This document shows positions 49,131 to 58,760 of a stretch of DNA of 64,000 nucleotides, piece by piece. The position numbers and the translations under genes were made by a program. The notes under the pieces are model-generated. The model worked only from the letters and a program-made list of their open reading frames with translations, made no database searches and was not told where the DNA came from. Source of the stretch: an uncultured Methanosarcinales archaeon (lineage in GTDB: Archaea > Nanobdellota > Nanobdellia > Woesearchaeales > UBA583); NCBI GenBank assembly GCA_964429995.1, contig CAYSDY010000001.1:157777-221776 (forward strand), given 5' to 3'. Each line of letters begins with the position of its first letter. Position 1 is the first letter of the stretch.

Positions 49131-50542
49131 TTTTTTGATTCTATGAGGGTTTTTATCTTTTTATTTGTACTTATCTTTTGTTCTCTTTTTATTCCTGAAA
49201 GATTCAAATAAAATATTATTTTTTCATATAATTTTAATATTTCCTGTTCAGACATTGACTTTTTAAGCCTTTGGTAGTATAAGTCTATTTCTTTCACATA
49301 ATTATTTGAAGATCTTTTAGAATTTTTTTCCTCGCCTACTGATATATCAAGTTTTGAGGATATTTCATTTATTGAAAATAAAAAATCATTATATTTATAT
49401 GAATTGTCTTTATTAAAACCATCTATTCTTTCGTTATAATTGTTCTCTTGAATTATGTCTTCTTGAATGTTTAAATCTGCATCATAATTATTGATTTTTT
49501 TTTTGGATGATTTTGATAATTGTAGGTGATAAAGGTACTCTCTTTTATCTTGTAACGCTTTGGAGTTTTTGTATGCATCAAAAAACATATCTATGTTGTG
49601 AGAAAAAAATTGCTTGTTCATGTCAGCAAAAAGATTGTTTATTTCTATATACATTGATTGTTTTTCTTCAAGAAAAAGATCAGGAATTCTATTGAATTCG
49701 TTAAGTATTTGATTATAAAGCAATAAACATTTCTGTATGTCTTTTTTAAGTTTAAAATAATGGTATGTACTCTTAAGTTTTATGATGGTTGCTTTTCTTA
49801 AGTCTAATTCCTTCTTGTAATAAGATTCTAAAAATTGCTGGGAATGCTCTAGAACCTTGTTTGTTTTTAATAGGTAAATATCCAAATCAAACACAAAACT
49901 TTCTGGAATTGTAGTCAAAAAAATTTTTATTGATGCAATGTTGGATTCTATAGAATTTAAATCTGCCTTATCTAATGATTGTTTTAATAATACAAGTCTT
50001 TTGTGTAAATCAGATTTAAAATTGGATATATACTTCTCTTTTATGGAATTTAACTGTTGATAGAAACTGTTTTCAATCTGATAAAGCCTTTTTGCTATTC
50101 CTATCTTATTAAAAGTTAAAAGATTTGGTATTTTGCTTGAAATCAACTTCATTTTTCTTGTAAGAATAGTTATCTTATGGAATTCTGATGTTTCTACAGC
50201 TTTTATCAACTCATTTTTTATTGATTCTATCTGTTGTTCTATGATTTTTTCATTTCTTATGTTTTTTTCTAAAAATTCTTTAGAATATCTTTCACCAAGA
50301 CTTAGAAGAAAACTATTTGTACTCTGACTTATTCCAAAAAATTTATTTGGAAGATCTTGATCAAATTTACTTATCAACTTGTAGAGCTCTTCAAGAAAAA
50401 TGTTGTCTTTGTCTTGAGAGTTCTGCTCTATGTCGTAAATTTTGTCTTCAACATCTTTCTGAAAATCTAAATTCGTATTTTTATACTTGTCTGAATTTTT
50501 TTGTTCAAATTCATCTAAAAAAGAATCAATATCTAAAACCAT
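49121..50542 (-). CDS. Hypothetical coiled-coil protein, first gene of the pilus operon (473 aa)
   Basis: There is no signal peptide. It is rich in K/E/N with heptad repeats. It is translationally coupled to the ATPase gene. Confidence 0.5.
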   Translation of the reverse strand: MVLDIDSFLDEFEQKNSDKYKNTNLDFQKDVEDKIYDIEQNSQDKDNIFLEELYKLISKFDQDLPNKFFGISQSTNSFLLSLGERYSKEFLEKNIRNEKIIEQQIESIKNELIKAVETSEFHKITILTRKMKLISSKIPNLLTFNKIGIAKRLYQIENSFYQQLNSIKEKYISNFKSDLHKRLVLLKQSLDKADLNSIESNIASIKIFLTTIPESFVFDLDIYLLKTNKVLEHSQQFLESYYKKELDLRKATIIKLKSTYHYFKLKKDIQKCLLLYNQILNEFNRIPDLFLEEKQSMYIEINNLFADMNKQFFSHNIDMFFDAYKNSKALQDKREYLYHLQLSKSSKKKINNYDADLNIQEDIIQENNYNERIDGFNKDNSYKYNDFLFSINEISSKLDISVGEEKNSKRSSNNYVKEIDLYYQRLKKSMSEQEILKLYEKIIFYLNLSGIKREQKISTNKKIKTLIESKKWN

Positions 50543-50544
50543 TT

Positions 50545-51048
50545 TTAAAATTTAATTAAATCCTCCTTGTATGCATACCATGCCTTTTCTATCATATGAT
50601 CTTGTACATTTCTGCTTTTGGCCTTTAAAAAAAAATCATTTTTTATTTCAGATTCATATTTGAGTATAAACCTAGGCCACAACTGCCTGATCATCTGATC
50701 ATTTATACTCTTTAATTGTGATTTTTTAAAAAATTCTGCCTTTATCATTTCAATATTTAAAAAATTCTCATTAGTATGATGTTGTTTTATTTCATCGTGC
50801 ATCGCGTTTACTGGATTATTTCCTTTTTTTGTACTTTCAGCAACTTCTTCTTTTATTTTTGCAAACCCTTCAAGACCTCTATAAAACACTGTAAGAACAT
50901 TATATTCTTCAAGTATTGTGAGCCATTTTTCTAACAGACCTGTAGACACATTAAGTTTTTCCTGTATGTATTTGATAGAACATATTTTTTTTTCCTTAAG
51001 TATTTCCACCATGTCGTCTATCGGAGTTTTAAGAATAGTGTTATGCAT
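50545..51048 (-). CDS. Hypothetical protein, possible winged-helix DNA-binding protein (167 aa)
   Basis: It lies 3 nt upstream of the 49121..50542 gene. A helix-turn-helix-like segment is SIKYIQEKLNVSTGLLEKWL. Confidence 0.4.
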   Translation of the reverse strand: MHNTILKTPIDDMVEILKEKKICSIKYIQEKLNVSTGLLEKWLTILEEYNVLTVFYRGLEGFAKIKEEVAESTKKGNNPVNAMHDEIKQHHTNENFLNIEMIKAEFFKKSQLKSINDQMIRQLWPRFILKYESEIKNDFFLKAKSRNVQDHMIEKAWYAYKEDLIKF

Positions 51049-51177
51049 AATATTTTTTCTGTTAAAATTTGATTTTATATCTTTATTTTAATTACAAAGT
51101 AATTAATGCCTTGTTGCTTTGTAAATTTTAGAATAACAAATCATGATATATGCAAAAACACAAAATTTTTAGGAAAT

Positions 51178-52110
51178 TTAATTGTATTGTATGTCTATTA
51201 TTGACAAGGCAAAGTTATCAATATTTCCAATTATATCTTTTAACAATTGGTTTACAACAAGATAGATATTAATTTCTGATTTATCTATGTTTTCTTTGTA
51301 TTTGTCAAGCTCTTTTAACAAGGACTGTTTTTTGTCAAGGTATAAATCAAGATTGTTATCTATGTTGATACCTTTTTGCAAAAATTTTGATATAAAATTA
51401 AAATAAATGCCAACAGAATCTATCATCATAAATATTTGTGCAATATTTTCATCTGTACTATTCTTTAGATACCTACTAACTCTTTTAATCATATCTCCTA
51501 TGGCTTCAAGTGTTGATATTATACGCCAATAGTATATTGCATTCCTATTAAGGTTAAATTTTGAGTTGATCATAAGATTATTATTGATAACTTTGTATCC
51601 TAAAAATGAAAGCTTATTTATGTTTGAATCCATCTGCATAATAAAATTGTAATTATCTTTTGTTGTTGATTTTTCAAACATTGTTCTAACTATCCCCATC
51701 ATTTTTTCTATCAAAATATTGATATCTAAATTATCTATGTCACTTATATCTTTTAATAATATGTATTCATCATTTATTTCATATATTTCAACTGATGGTA
51801 ATTTCTCAATAAATATCTTTATTTCATTAAATTTATCTGAAATTTTTTCACCCTTTATTTTTATATATTTATAATTTTTTAAGTAATAAGAAATTAATAT
51901 TTTATTGAATATTTTTAAATTATGAATATCCATATCAAGTTCTATAATGCTATTATCTTCTTTTTTGGGAACTGAATATATAAGTGTATTATTCTTTTCT
52001 ATACATACAAGATTATCACCTTTTGAAACTGAATTAGCCTTCATCCATTCGTTAGGAATCGTTATTACATATGAACTATTTCCAAACCTTATTACTCTTC
52101 TTGAATCCAT
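51178..52110 (-). CDS. PhoU-like regulator with N-terminal AbrB/SpoVT swapped-hairpin domain
   Basis: The N-terminus VIRFGNSSYVITIPNEWMKANSVSKGDNL is an AbrB/MazE-type motif. The remainder is helical like archaeal PhoU homologs. Length is 310 aa. Confidence 0.45.
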   Translation of the reverse strand: MDSRRVIRFGNSSYVITIPNEWMKANSVSKGDNLVCIEKNNTLIYSVPKKEDNSIIELDMDIHNLKIFNKILISYYLKNYKYIKIKGEKISDKFNEIKIFIEKLPSVEIYEINDEYILLKDISDIDNLDINILIEKMMGIVRTMFEKSTTKDNYNFIMQMDSNINKLSFLGYKVINNNLMINSKFNLNRNAIYYWRIISTLEAIGDMIKRVSRYLKNSTDENIAQIFMMIDSVGIYFNFISKFLQKGINIDNNLDLYLDKKQSLLKELDKYKENIDKSEINIYLVVNQLLKDIIGNIDNFALSIIDIQYN

Positions 52111-52140
52111 AAAAAATATAATTTATATATATTTATATAT

Positions 52141-53181
52141 CTAATGATTTATCTGAAAAGTTTTAATAAGTGATTTTATGAAAATTGATGTAACCGATAT
52201 AATCAATGGACCTAGTATAAGTCCAGAAATTCCAAAAACAAAAATACCACCTATAAAACCTATAAAAACCAACACTGGTGGAATAGTATCTTTATCACTC
52301 ATAAGCATAGGTCTTATAAAATTATCAACTAAATTTATTATTAATGTCCCATAAATAAGAAGTCCTATTCCTGCTATCTTTTGACCTGTTATTATTAAAT
52401 ACACCGATACAGGAACCCATATAAGCGGAGTTCCAAGGTATGGTATAAGACTAATTATCAGTGTTAAAAATGTGATTATAAGTATATTTGGAGCCCCAAA
52501 AAGAACATATCCAATAAATGCAACAAATGTTTGCACTACTCCTGTTATAAAATATCCCTTAAATAAAATTTTTAAACTTTTAGCTATCTGATTCAATATT
52601 TCTTTTTGACGACTGATGTTTAATGGAACATACTCTGAAAATGTTTTAAATATCAACTCGTTGTATATCAACATATAATAAGCTATGAAAAGAATGATAA
52701 ATACAGTTGCAAGCATGCTTGGAATGGATGAAAAAAATTCTTGGGAAAGGTTGGCTATAAAAGATACAAATTTGTTGAAAAATGATGAATAATCTATATC
52801 AGACAAAACATTTGAATTACTAAATTCAGAAATTATTATTTTTATTTGAGAATTTAATATATGTGGATTTTCAAGATATATCCTGTATTCTAAAACAAGT
52901 TTTATAAGATTTAATATTAGAAAATATGAAAGAAGTGCTAATGGTATAAAAAGTATAATAAGGCTTGTTAAAATCGTGATTAGTGATGCAATTCTTTTGT
53001 TTTTAGTTTTTTTAAAAAAATATTGAAACAATGGATAAAGAAAATATGCAATAATCATACTATATATTATTTTTGTAAATAAATCTTTTATTACATATGC
53101 TGATATTATCAAAAGAAAAATTGTTATTGCTAATAAAAATCTTTTTTCAATATCTATTGCATATCTATTGTTTTCTGCCAT
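52141..53181 (-). CDS. AI-2E family (UPF0118/PerM-like) transporter
   Basis: It is a 346-aa polytopic membrane protein with the characteristic ~8-TM layout and a Gly-rich C-terminal helix. Confidence 0.5.
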   Translation of the reverse strand: MAENNRYAIDIEKRFLLAITIFLLIISAYVIKDLFTKIIYSMIIAYFLYPLFQYFFKKTKNKRIASLITILTSLIILFIPLALLSYFLILNLIKLVLEYRIYLENPHILNSQIKIIISEFSNSNVLSDIDYSSFFNKFVSFIANLSQEFFSSIPSMLATVFIILFIAYYMLIYNELIFKTFSEYVPLNISRQKEILNQIAKSLKILFKGYFITGVVQTFVAFIGYVLFGAPNILIITFLTLIISLIPYLGTPLIWVPVSVYLIITGQKIAGIGLLIYGTLIINLVDNFIRPMLMSDKDTIPPVLVFIGFIGGIFVFGISGLILGPLIISVTSIFIKSLIKTFQINH

Positions 53182-53577
53182 TTATTTCACCTTGATTTTT
53201 AATATTTCCTTAACCATTGAAAGATAATAATGTTTTTCTTCCTCTAGTATGTTATCTATAGATACGGTACTTTCTCCGTAAAGACTATTTTTAATTGCAA
53301 TGTTTGAAATCTTCATGAGTCTTAAATTTATGAGTTCTGTTATGATCTCTTTGGATTTTATTAGTAGATGCTTTTCTTTTGATAATTTTTCATTGTCGTG
53401 TGATAATAAAGTTTTTATTTCATCTTTTTTTGATGTAAGAAAATTGTTCATTGATACATAAAAATTTTTATCTATTCCCTGAAGCTGTTTTTTAGTTTTT
53501 TCTTCTCTTAAAAGATTGTATAGAGAATTAAATGTTAGAAGTGGTATTTGAGAAGAAGAATTTATTGTTTCATTCAT
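53182..53577 (-). CDS. Possible GINS subunit (Gins51/Gins15-like A-domain)
   Basis: SLYNLLREEKTKKQLQGIDKNFY parallels the archaeal Gins51 pattern ALRRILETERNSKELKELNEEFY. The protein is a 131-aa helical protein. Confidence 0.35.
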   Translation of the reverse strand: MNETINSSSQIPLLTFNSLYNLLREEKTKKQLQGIDKNFYVSMNNFLTSKKDEIKTLLSHDNEKLSKEKHLLIKSKEIITELINLRLMKISNIAIKNSLYGESTVSIDNILEEEKHYYLSMVKEILKIKVK

Positions 53578-53622
53578 AGAATTTATTATATGTTATTATA
53601 TTTAAATTTTTCTAAATACTAG

Positions 53623-53636
53623 CTGTATATTGAGAA
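53623..53636 (+). promoter_or_regulatory. Partial copy of the ATTGAGAA motif (CTGTATATTGAGAA) in the 308-bp rpl11 upstream region
   Basis: It shares TGTATATTGAGAA with copy 4 (39505-39520). Confidence 0.3.
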
Positions 53637-53885
53637 GGTAAGAAAATCCAAAAGATTTTTAAGCTTCTTTAAAAGGCAGTCTTTTAAACCACAACTTTGA
53701 CTTTTTAGCATTAATAATCAAAGGTTTTATAAATCTTTTATCAGTAACTTTTATAGGTGTTATGTTTTTTGGTTAAAAAGATGTTTTAATCAAAAATTCA
53801 AATCATAATAAGATTGTAAGTTTATCTTTTATGCATAACGCCATTATCCTTTAGCTATTTATCGTTAAAGGTTGCTTACTAATGT

Positions 53886-54377
53886 TTGAAAATGGCAAAA
53901 GAAACTGTTGAAGTTTTAATAGAAGGAGGTAAAGCTACTGCTGCTCCTCCATTAGGGCCTGCTTTAGGTCCTCTAAAAGTTAATATAGGGCAGGTTGTTG
54001 CTGACATAAACAAGAAAACTGCTGATTTTAAAGGAATGAAAGTTCCTGTGAAGGTTATTGTTGATACTGAAACAAAAGCGTATGAAATAACAATTGGTAC
54101 TCCACCTGCATCACAATTGATAAAAACTGAACTTGGCATAAAAACTGGTTCTGCAAAACCTAATACTGATTTTGTTGGAAACATATCAATTGAACAAATA
54201 AGAAAAATTGCAAATATGAAATTTGATTCTTTGCTTTCAAATGATATTAAGGCTGCTGTAAGAGAAATTGCTGGAACATGTTATTCTTTGGGAATAAAAG
54301 TTGATTCAAAACCTGCAAGAACTTTTATAAAAGATGTTAAAAATGGAAAATATGATAGGGAGTTTTTAAATAATTAA
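53886..54377 (+). CDS. rpl11: 50S ribosomal protein L11
   Basis: [24 protein letters not shown] is the canonical L11 N-terminus. Confidence 0.9.
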   Translation: MKMAKETVEVLIEGGKATAAPPLGPALGPLKVNIGQVVADINKKTADFKGMKVPVKVIVDTETKAYEITIGTPPASQLIKTELGIKTGSAKPNTDFVGNISIEQIRKIANMKFDSLLSNDIKAAVREIAGTCYSLGIKVDSKPARTFIKDVKNGKYDREFLNN

Positions 54378-54378
54378 A

Positions 54379-54564
54379 ATGGGAAAGTCAAAAACAAAAA
54401 AAAAGTCATCTGAGCCATCAAAAAAATATGAATTTTATGAGAATGGCAAAAAAACAAGGAAAGAATGCCCAAAATGTGGAAAAGGTGTTTTTCTTGGAAT
54501 TTACAAGAACCCTAATAGATACCATTGTGGTAAATGTGGTTATAGTGAACACATAACAAATTAA
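54379..54564 (+). CDS. rps27ae: 30S ribosomal protein S27ae (eS31), zinc ribbon
   Basis: It is 61 aa and basic, with CPKCG...CGKCGYSE as a C4 zinc ribbon. Confidence 0.75.
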   Translation: MGKSKTKKKSSEPSKKYEFYENGKKTRKECPKCGKGVFLGIYKNPNRYHCGKCGYSEHITN

Positions 54565-54666
54565 AATAACAAAAAATTATTCTTTTAACATTTATGTGTT
54601 CGTTATAATTATTTTTTTTCTCATCAAAGGAAAGATTAATAATACTTCTTTGTTTGCATTTTTACT

Positions 54667-55593
54667 ATGGAAGAATTTGACATGATAGTTATAGGTGGTG
54701 GATGTGCTGGATTTTCCGCCTCAATGTATGCTGCAAGATTTAACCTTAAGACTCTTGTTATAGCAAAACAAAGAGGAGGCATGATAACAGAGACTGGTAT
54801 TGTTGAGAATTATCCTGGATTTGAGGCAATAGAAGGCATTGAACTTGGAAAAAGGCTTGAAAAACATGCCCAAAGCAATGGTGTTGAAATATTTGATGAT
54901 AATGTTTTGGAAATAAGACAGAATGATGATATGACATACTATGTAAAAACTGAATTTTTTGAAAAAGAATTCATATCAAAAGCAATTATAATTGCTACAG
55001 GAAGCAAACACAGAAAACTTGGAATTGGTGGAGAACAAGAATTTTTTGGGAAAGGTGTTAGTTATTGTGCAACTTGTGATGGAAATTTTTTTGCAGGTAA
55101 AACGGTAATTGTTGCTGGTGGTAGCGATTCTGCAATAAAAGAATCAATAATGCTTGCTCAAAAATCAACAAAAGTATATTTGATTGCAAGAGGAGATAAA
55201 CTAAAAGGAGAATTCAAAAATGTTGAAAAAATAAAGAATTTTCAAAATATTGAAATAATTTTGAATACAAATGTTTTGGAAGTCTGTGGAGATAAGCGTG
55301 TTGAATCTGTAAAACTTGATAATCCTTTTAATGGATCTTATGAACTTAAAACTGATGCTATATTTGTATCAATTGGAATAATGCCAAATAATGAACTTGG
55401 AAATCTCTTAGAATTAGAATTAAGTAAAAATGGAGAAATTGTTGTTGATAAACATCAAATAACAAGTAGAAAAGGAGTCTTTGCCGCAGGAGATGTTGTT
55501 GATTTTTCATGGAAACAAGGAATTGTTGCATCTGCACAAGGAGCAATTGCAGCACATAGTGCTTTTGAATACATAACAAGTAATTTTAAATAA
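54667..55593 (+). CDS. trxB: Thioredoxin-disulfide reductase
   Basis: FAD-binding GGGCAG, the redox-active CATCDG motif and NADPH-binding GGSDSA are present. Length is 308 aa. Confidence 0.85.
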   Translation: MEEFDMIVIGGGCAGFSASMYAARFNLKTLVIAKQRGGMITETGIVENYPGFEAIEGIELGKRLEKHAQSNGVEIFDDNVLEIRQNDDMTYYVKTEFFEKEFISKAIIIATGSKHRKLGIGGEQEFFGKGVSYCATCDGNFFAGKTVIVAGGSDSAIKESIMLAQKSTKVYLIARGDKLKGEFKNVEKIKNFQNIEIILNTNVLEVCGDKRVESVKLDNPFNGSYELKTDAIFVSIGIMPNNELGNLLELELSKNGEIVVDKHQITSRKGVFAAGDVVDFSWKQGIVASAQGAIAAHSAFEYITSNFK

Positions 55594-55644
55594 ATTTTTG
55601 TTTTTTATAATTAACTTTATATTGTATGTAATCATATTTTTTTT

Positions 55645-57495
55645 ATGAGTATAGAAATTCTTGATAATGAAATAGTAAATCAAATTGCAGCAGGAGAAGT
55701 TATAGAAAATCCAGCAGGAGCAATAAAAGAGCTTATTGAAAATTCTATAGATGCAGAATCTTCAAACATTCAGATTATTTTAGAAGATTATGGACTTAAA
55801 AAAATTATTGTTTCTGATGATGGAAAAGGAATTGAAAAAGATGATTTAAAAAAAGCTCCATTACGACATGCAACATCAAAGATCAAAAACTTTAATGATC
55901 TTTATTCAATAAAAACCATGGGATTTAGAGGAGAAGCATTAGCAAGTATTTTTGCAATATCTGATGCTAAAATAATATCAAGAACAAGCAAGGACAACAA
56001 TGCTTATATGATAGAATCTTCTAACCCTTTAAAGATAAGTGAAACTGCTGGAAATATAGGTACAAGCGTTATAATAGATAATATTTTTTGCAATGTTCCT
56101 GCCAGAAAAAAATATTTAAAATCAATGCAAAGTGAACTTAAAGATGTAATAGATGTTGTTACAAGATATTGCATAGCATATAATGAAATAAGTTTTGTGT
56201 TAAAACATAACGACAAAATTCTTATCCATAAACCTGCAATGAAAGATATGTTAAAATCAATATCCTATATGACTGATAAAAATGTAGGAGATAACCTTAT
56301 TAAGATATCTGATAAAATAAATGGAATAAACATAAATGCTTACATAATAAAACCTCAGATGTTAACTTTTTCATATTCTAAACATCAGTTTTTTTTTGTA
56401 AATAGACGTTTTATAAAATCAAAAATTCTAAAAGATGCTGTTTATTCAGGATATGGTACAAATCTTATGGAAGCAAGACATCCTTGTTTTTTCTTTTTTA
56501 TAGATATAGATACCGAAATAATAGATGTTAATGTGCATCCTACCAAAATTGAAATAAAATTTGAAAATGAACTTGAAATATTTAATGCCATAAAAAAGAT
56601 TGTCTCAGATGCTTTTTCAAATGAGCTTCTTTTTAAAGATGTTGTAAAAAATGATGAAAAACTATCCTCTTTTGTTACAATAAGCGAACAAATTAAAAAC
56701 AATAGTTCAGATAATCATAAAAAAAAATATTTTCAAAATAATATTCAAAAGGAACTTTATGATAGAATTAAAACATTTGATTTAGAAAGTGATGACAATA
56801 TAAGTAATACTCAAAATGAAGAAGATAATTTAGATGAATTAAAAATTAAAATATATGATAAAAATGATTCTTATCAAATTTATAATAACAATGAAACAAA
56901 ATTATCTAATTTTTTAGATGAATATAGAGTAATTGGACAGTTGAATAAAACATACATCCTTGTTGAAACATTAAATGAACTTTTAGTAATAGATCAACAT
57001 GCAGCAGAAGAAAAATTTAATTATGAAACACTAATAAAACAATTTGAAGGCAATGGTAAGGCTCAGCATTTACTAAAACCTCAAATGATAAATCTTGATA
57101 TTTCAGACATGCAAATAGTAAACGAACATGAAAATATGATAAAAAAATTAGGTTTTGAATTTGAGGTTTTTGGGAAAAATGATTTGATAATTAGGAAAAT
57201 CCCTATAGATGTAAGAGGCAAGGAAATGCCTTTAGATATCTTCTATGATATAATTGCAAGCATAAGAACCGATAAAAAGAGTGATTTTATTGAAAAAGAT
57301 GTAATATCAAAAATTGCATCAATGTCATGCAAAAGATCGATTAAAGCAGGACATGAAATGACAATTTTTGAGATGAAAACACTTATTGAAAGACTTAAAA
57401 CATTGAATGAACCATTTAATTGTCCACATGGAAGACCTGTAATATTAAGGTATAGTTTGGCATTTTTTGAAAAGGAATTTAAAAGAATCGTTTGA
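55645..57495 (+). CDS. mutL: DNA mismatch repair protein MutL (endonuclease-type)
   Basis: It has a GHKL N-terminus (AAGEVIENPAGAIKELIENSIDA). The C-terminal endonuclease motif is DQHAAEEKFNYE (DQHAx2Ex4E), and the CPHGRP motif is also present. Confidence 0.85.
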   Translation: MSIEILDNEIVNQIAAGEVIENPAGAIKELIENSIDAESSNIQIILEDYGLKKIIVSDDGKGIEKDDLKKAPLRHATSKIKNFNDLYSIKTMGFRGEALASIFAISDAKIISRTSKDNNAYMIESSNPLKISETAGNIGTSVIIDNIFCNVPARKKYLKSMQSELKDVIDVVTRYCIAYNEISFVLKHNDKILIHKPAMKDMLKSISYMTDKNVGDNLIKISDKINGININAYIIKPQMLTFSYSKHQFFFVNRRFIKSKILKDAVYSGYGTNLMEARHPCFFFFIDIDTEIIDVNVHPTKIEIKFENELEIFNAIKKIVSDAFSNELLFKDVVKNDEKLSSFVTISEQIKNNSSDNHKKKYFQNNIQKELYDRIKTFDLESDDNISNTQNEEDNLDELKIKIYDKNDSYQIYNNNETKLSNFLDEYRVIGQLNKTYILVETLNELLVIDQHAAEEKFNYETLIKQFEGNGKAQHLLKPQMINLDISDMQIVNEHENMIKKLGFEFEVFGKNDLIIRKIPIDVRGKEMPLDIFYDIIASIRTDKKSDFIEKDVISKIASMSCKRSIKAGHEMTIFEMKTLIERLKTLNEPFNCPHGRPVILRYSLAFFEKEFKRIV

Positions 57496-57500
57496 TTAAT

Positions 57501-57923
57501 TCAATCAACATTTTCGTGTATTATGCTCGGACAACTTTTAGTAACTCCCTCTATTGAATTTATTTTTTCTGAAATAATGTTTAGTTCTAATATGTTTTTA
57601 ATCCATACTTCAAACATTATCATATGATCTCCTGAACATGTTTGAATATTTTTTATATTATCTATCTTCTTTAATGAATTTATTACCTTTAAATACTTTT
57701 CAGGAACAGTATCAACCCCCATAATTATTTTATTAGAATAGCCCATCTTTTTGTAATTTATAATTGTCTTGTAACCTAATATGATTTTTTCTTTTTCAAG
57801 TTTTTTGATTCTTTTTCTTACCGCTGGTTCGCTTATTCCTAACAAAAATCCCATTTTCTTTAATGGAATCTTTGCATTATTTTCCAAATTTTCAATTATT
57901 AAAACATCTTTTACATCCATCAT
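57501..57923 (-). CDS. Lrp/AsnC-family transcriptional regulator
   Basis: An N-terminal HTH (NAKIPLKKMGFLLGISEPAVRKRIKKLE) and a C-terminal RAM domain are present. Confidence 0.8.
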   Translation of the reverse strand: MMDVKDVLIIENLENNAKIPLKKMGFLLGISEPAVRKRIKKLEKEKIILGYKTIINYKKMGYSNKIIMGVDTVPEKYLKVINSLKKIDNIKNIQTCSGDHMIMFEVWIKNILELNIISEKINSIEGVTKSCPSIIHENVD

Positions 57924-58014
57924 TACTATATTATATATTTTGCTATTTAAAAACTTTTTTGGTTATTTTTTTTAACCAAATCTTTATAAAATTAAAACCT
58001 ATAATATTAATATC

Positions 58015-58713
58015 ATGGAAAATAATAATAATAATAATGCAGATAATTCAAATGGTGTTGAAAATACTTTTAATATGCCAAGACTTGGAGAAAAAGCACC
58101 ATATTTTGAAGCAAACACTACGCATGGACCCAAAAAAATAACAGATTATAAAGGAAAATGGCTTATTCTTTTCTCTCATCCTGCAGATTTTACGCCAGTA
58201 TGTACTACAGAATTTATAGCATTTCAAAAAATAAAACCAGAACTAGACAAAAGAAATGTAGAATTATTAGGTTTAAGTATAGACAGTATTTATTCACACA
58301 TTGCTTGGGTTAATAGGATTCATGAAAAGTTTGGTGTTAAAATAGAGTTTCCAATAATTGATGATATTAGTATGAATATAGCAAAAAAATATGGAATGAT
58401 TCATCCTAATCAGTCAAGCACCTCAGCATCAAGATGCGTTTTTGTAATAGATCCAAAACTAATTGTAAGAGCAATGATTTATTACCCATTATCTACCGGA
58501 AGAAATATGAATGAAATTTTAAGGCTAATAGATGCACTGCAGACAACTGATGAACACAGTGTAGCAACACCTGCTAATTGGAAACCTTTTGATGATGTAA
58601 TCATATTTCCTGCAAATACCTCTGTTATTGCAGAAAAAAGAATTAATGATGAAAAATTAAAATGTAAAGATTGGTTTTTTTGTACAAAAAATATCAAAAC
58701 TAAAAAAGATTGA
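58015..58713 (+). CDS. Peroxiredoxin (thiol peroxidase, Prx6/1-Cys-like) with Asn-rich N-terminal tail
   Basis: The peroxidatic Cys lies in FTPVCTTEF, within a thioredoxin fold. Length is 232 aa. Confidence 0.85.
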   Translation: MENNNNNNADNSNGVENTFNMPRLGEKAPYFEANTTHGPKKITDYKGKWLILFSHPADFTPVCTTEFIAFQKIKPELDKRNVELLGLSIDSIYSHIAWVNRIHEKFGVKIEFPIIDDISMNIAKKYGMIHPNQSSTSASRCVFVIDPKLIVRAMIYYPLSTGRNMNEILRLIDALQTTDEHSVATPANWKPFDDVIIFPANTSVIAEKRINDEKLKCKDWFFCTKNIKTKKD

Positions 58714-58760
58714 TAAGTTAAATTTGAAAATATATTTAATTTATTTTTTAAATATTCTTC

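Noticed and set aside
53886-54564. The L11-S27ae pairing might indicate a mis-called gene, since L11 is usually followed by L1/L10/L12
   Set aside because: Both proteins have canonical signatures: the L11 N-terminus and the S27ae C4 zinc ribbon. The non-canonical neighbourhood is attributed to genome rearrangement in a reduced genome.
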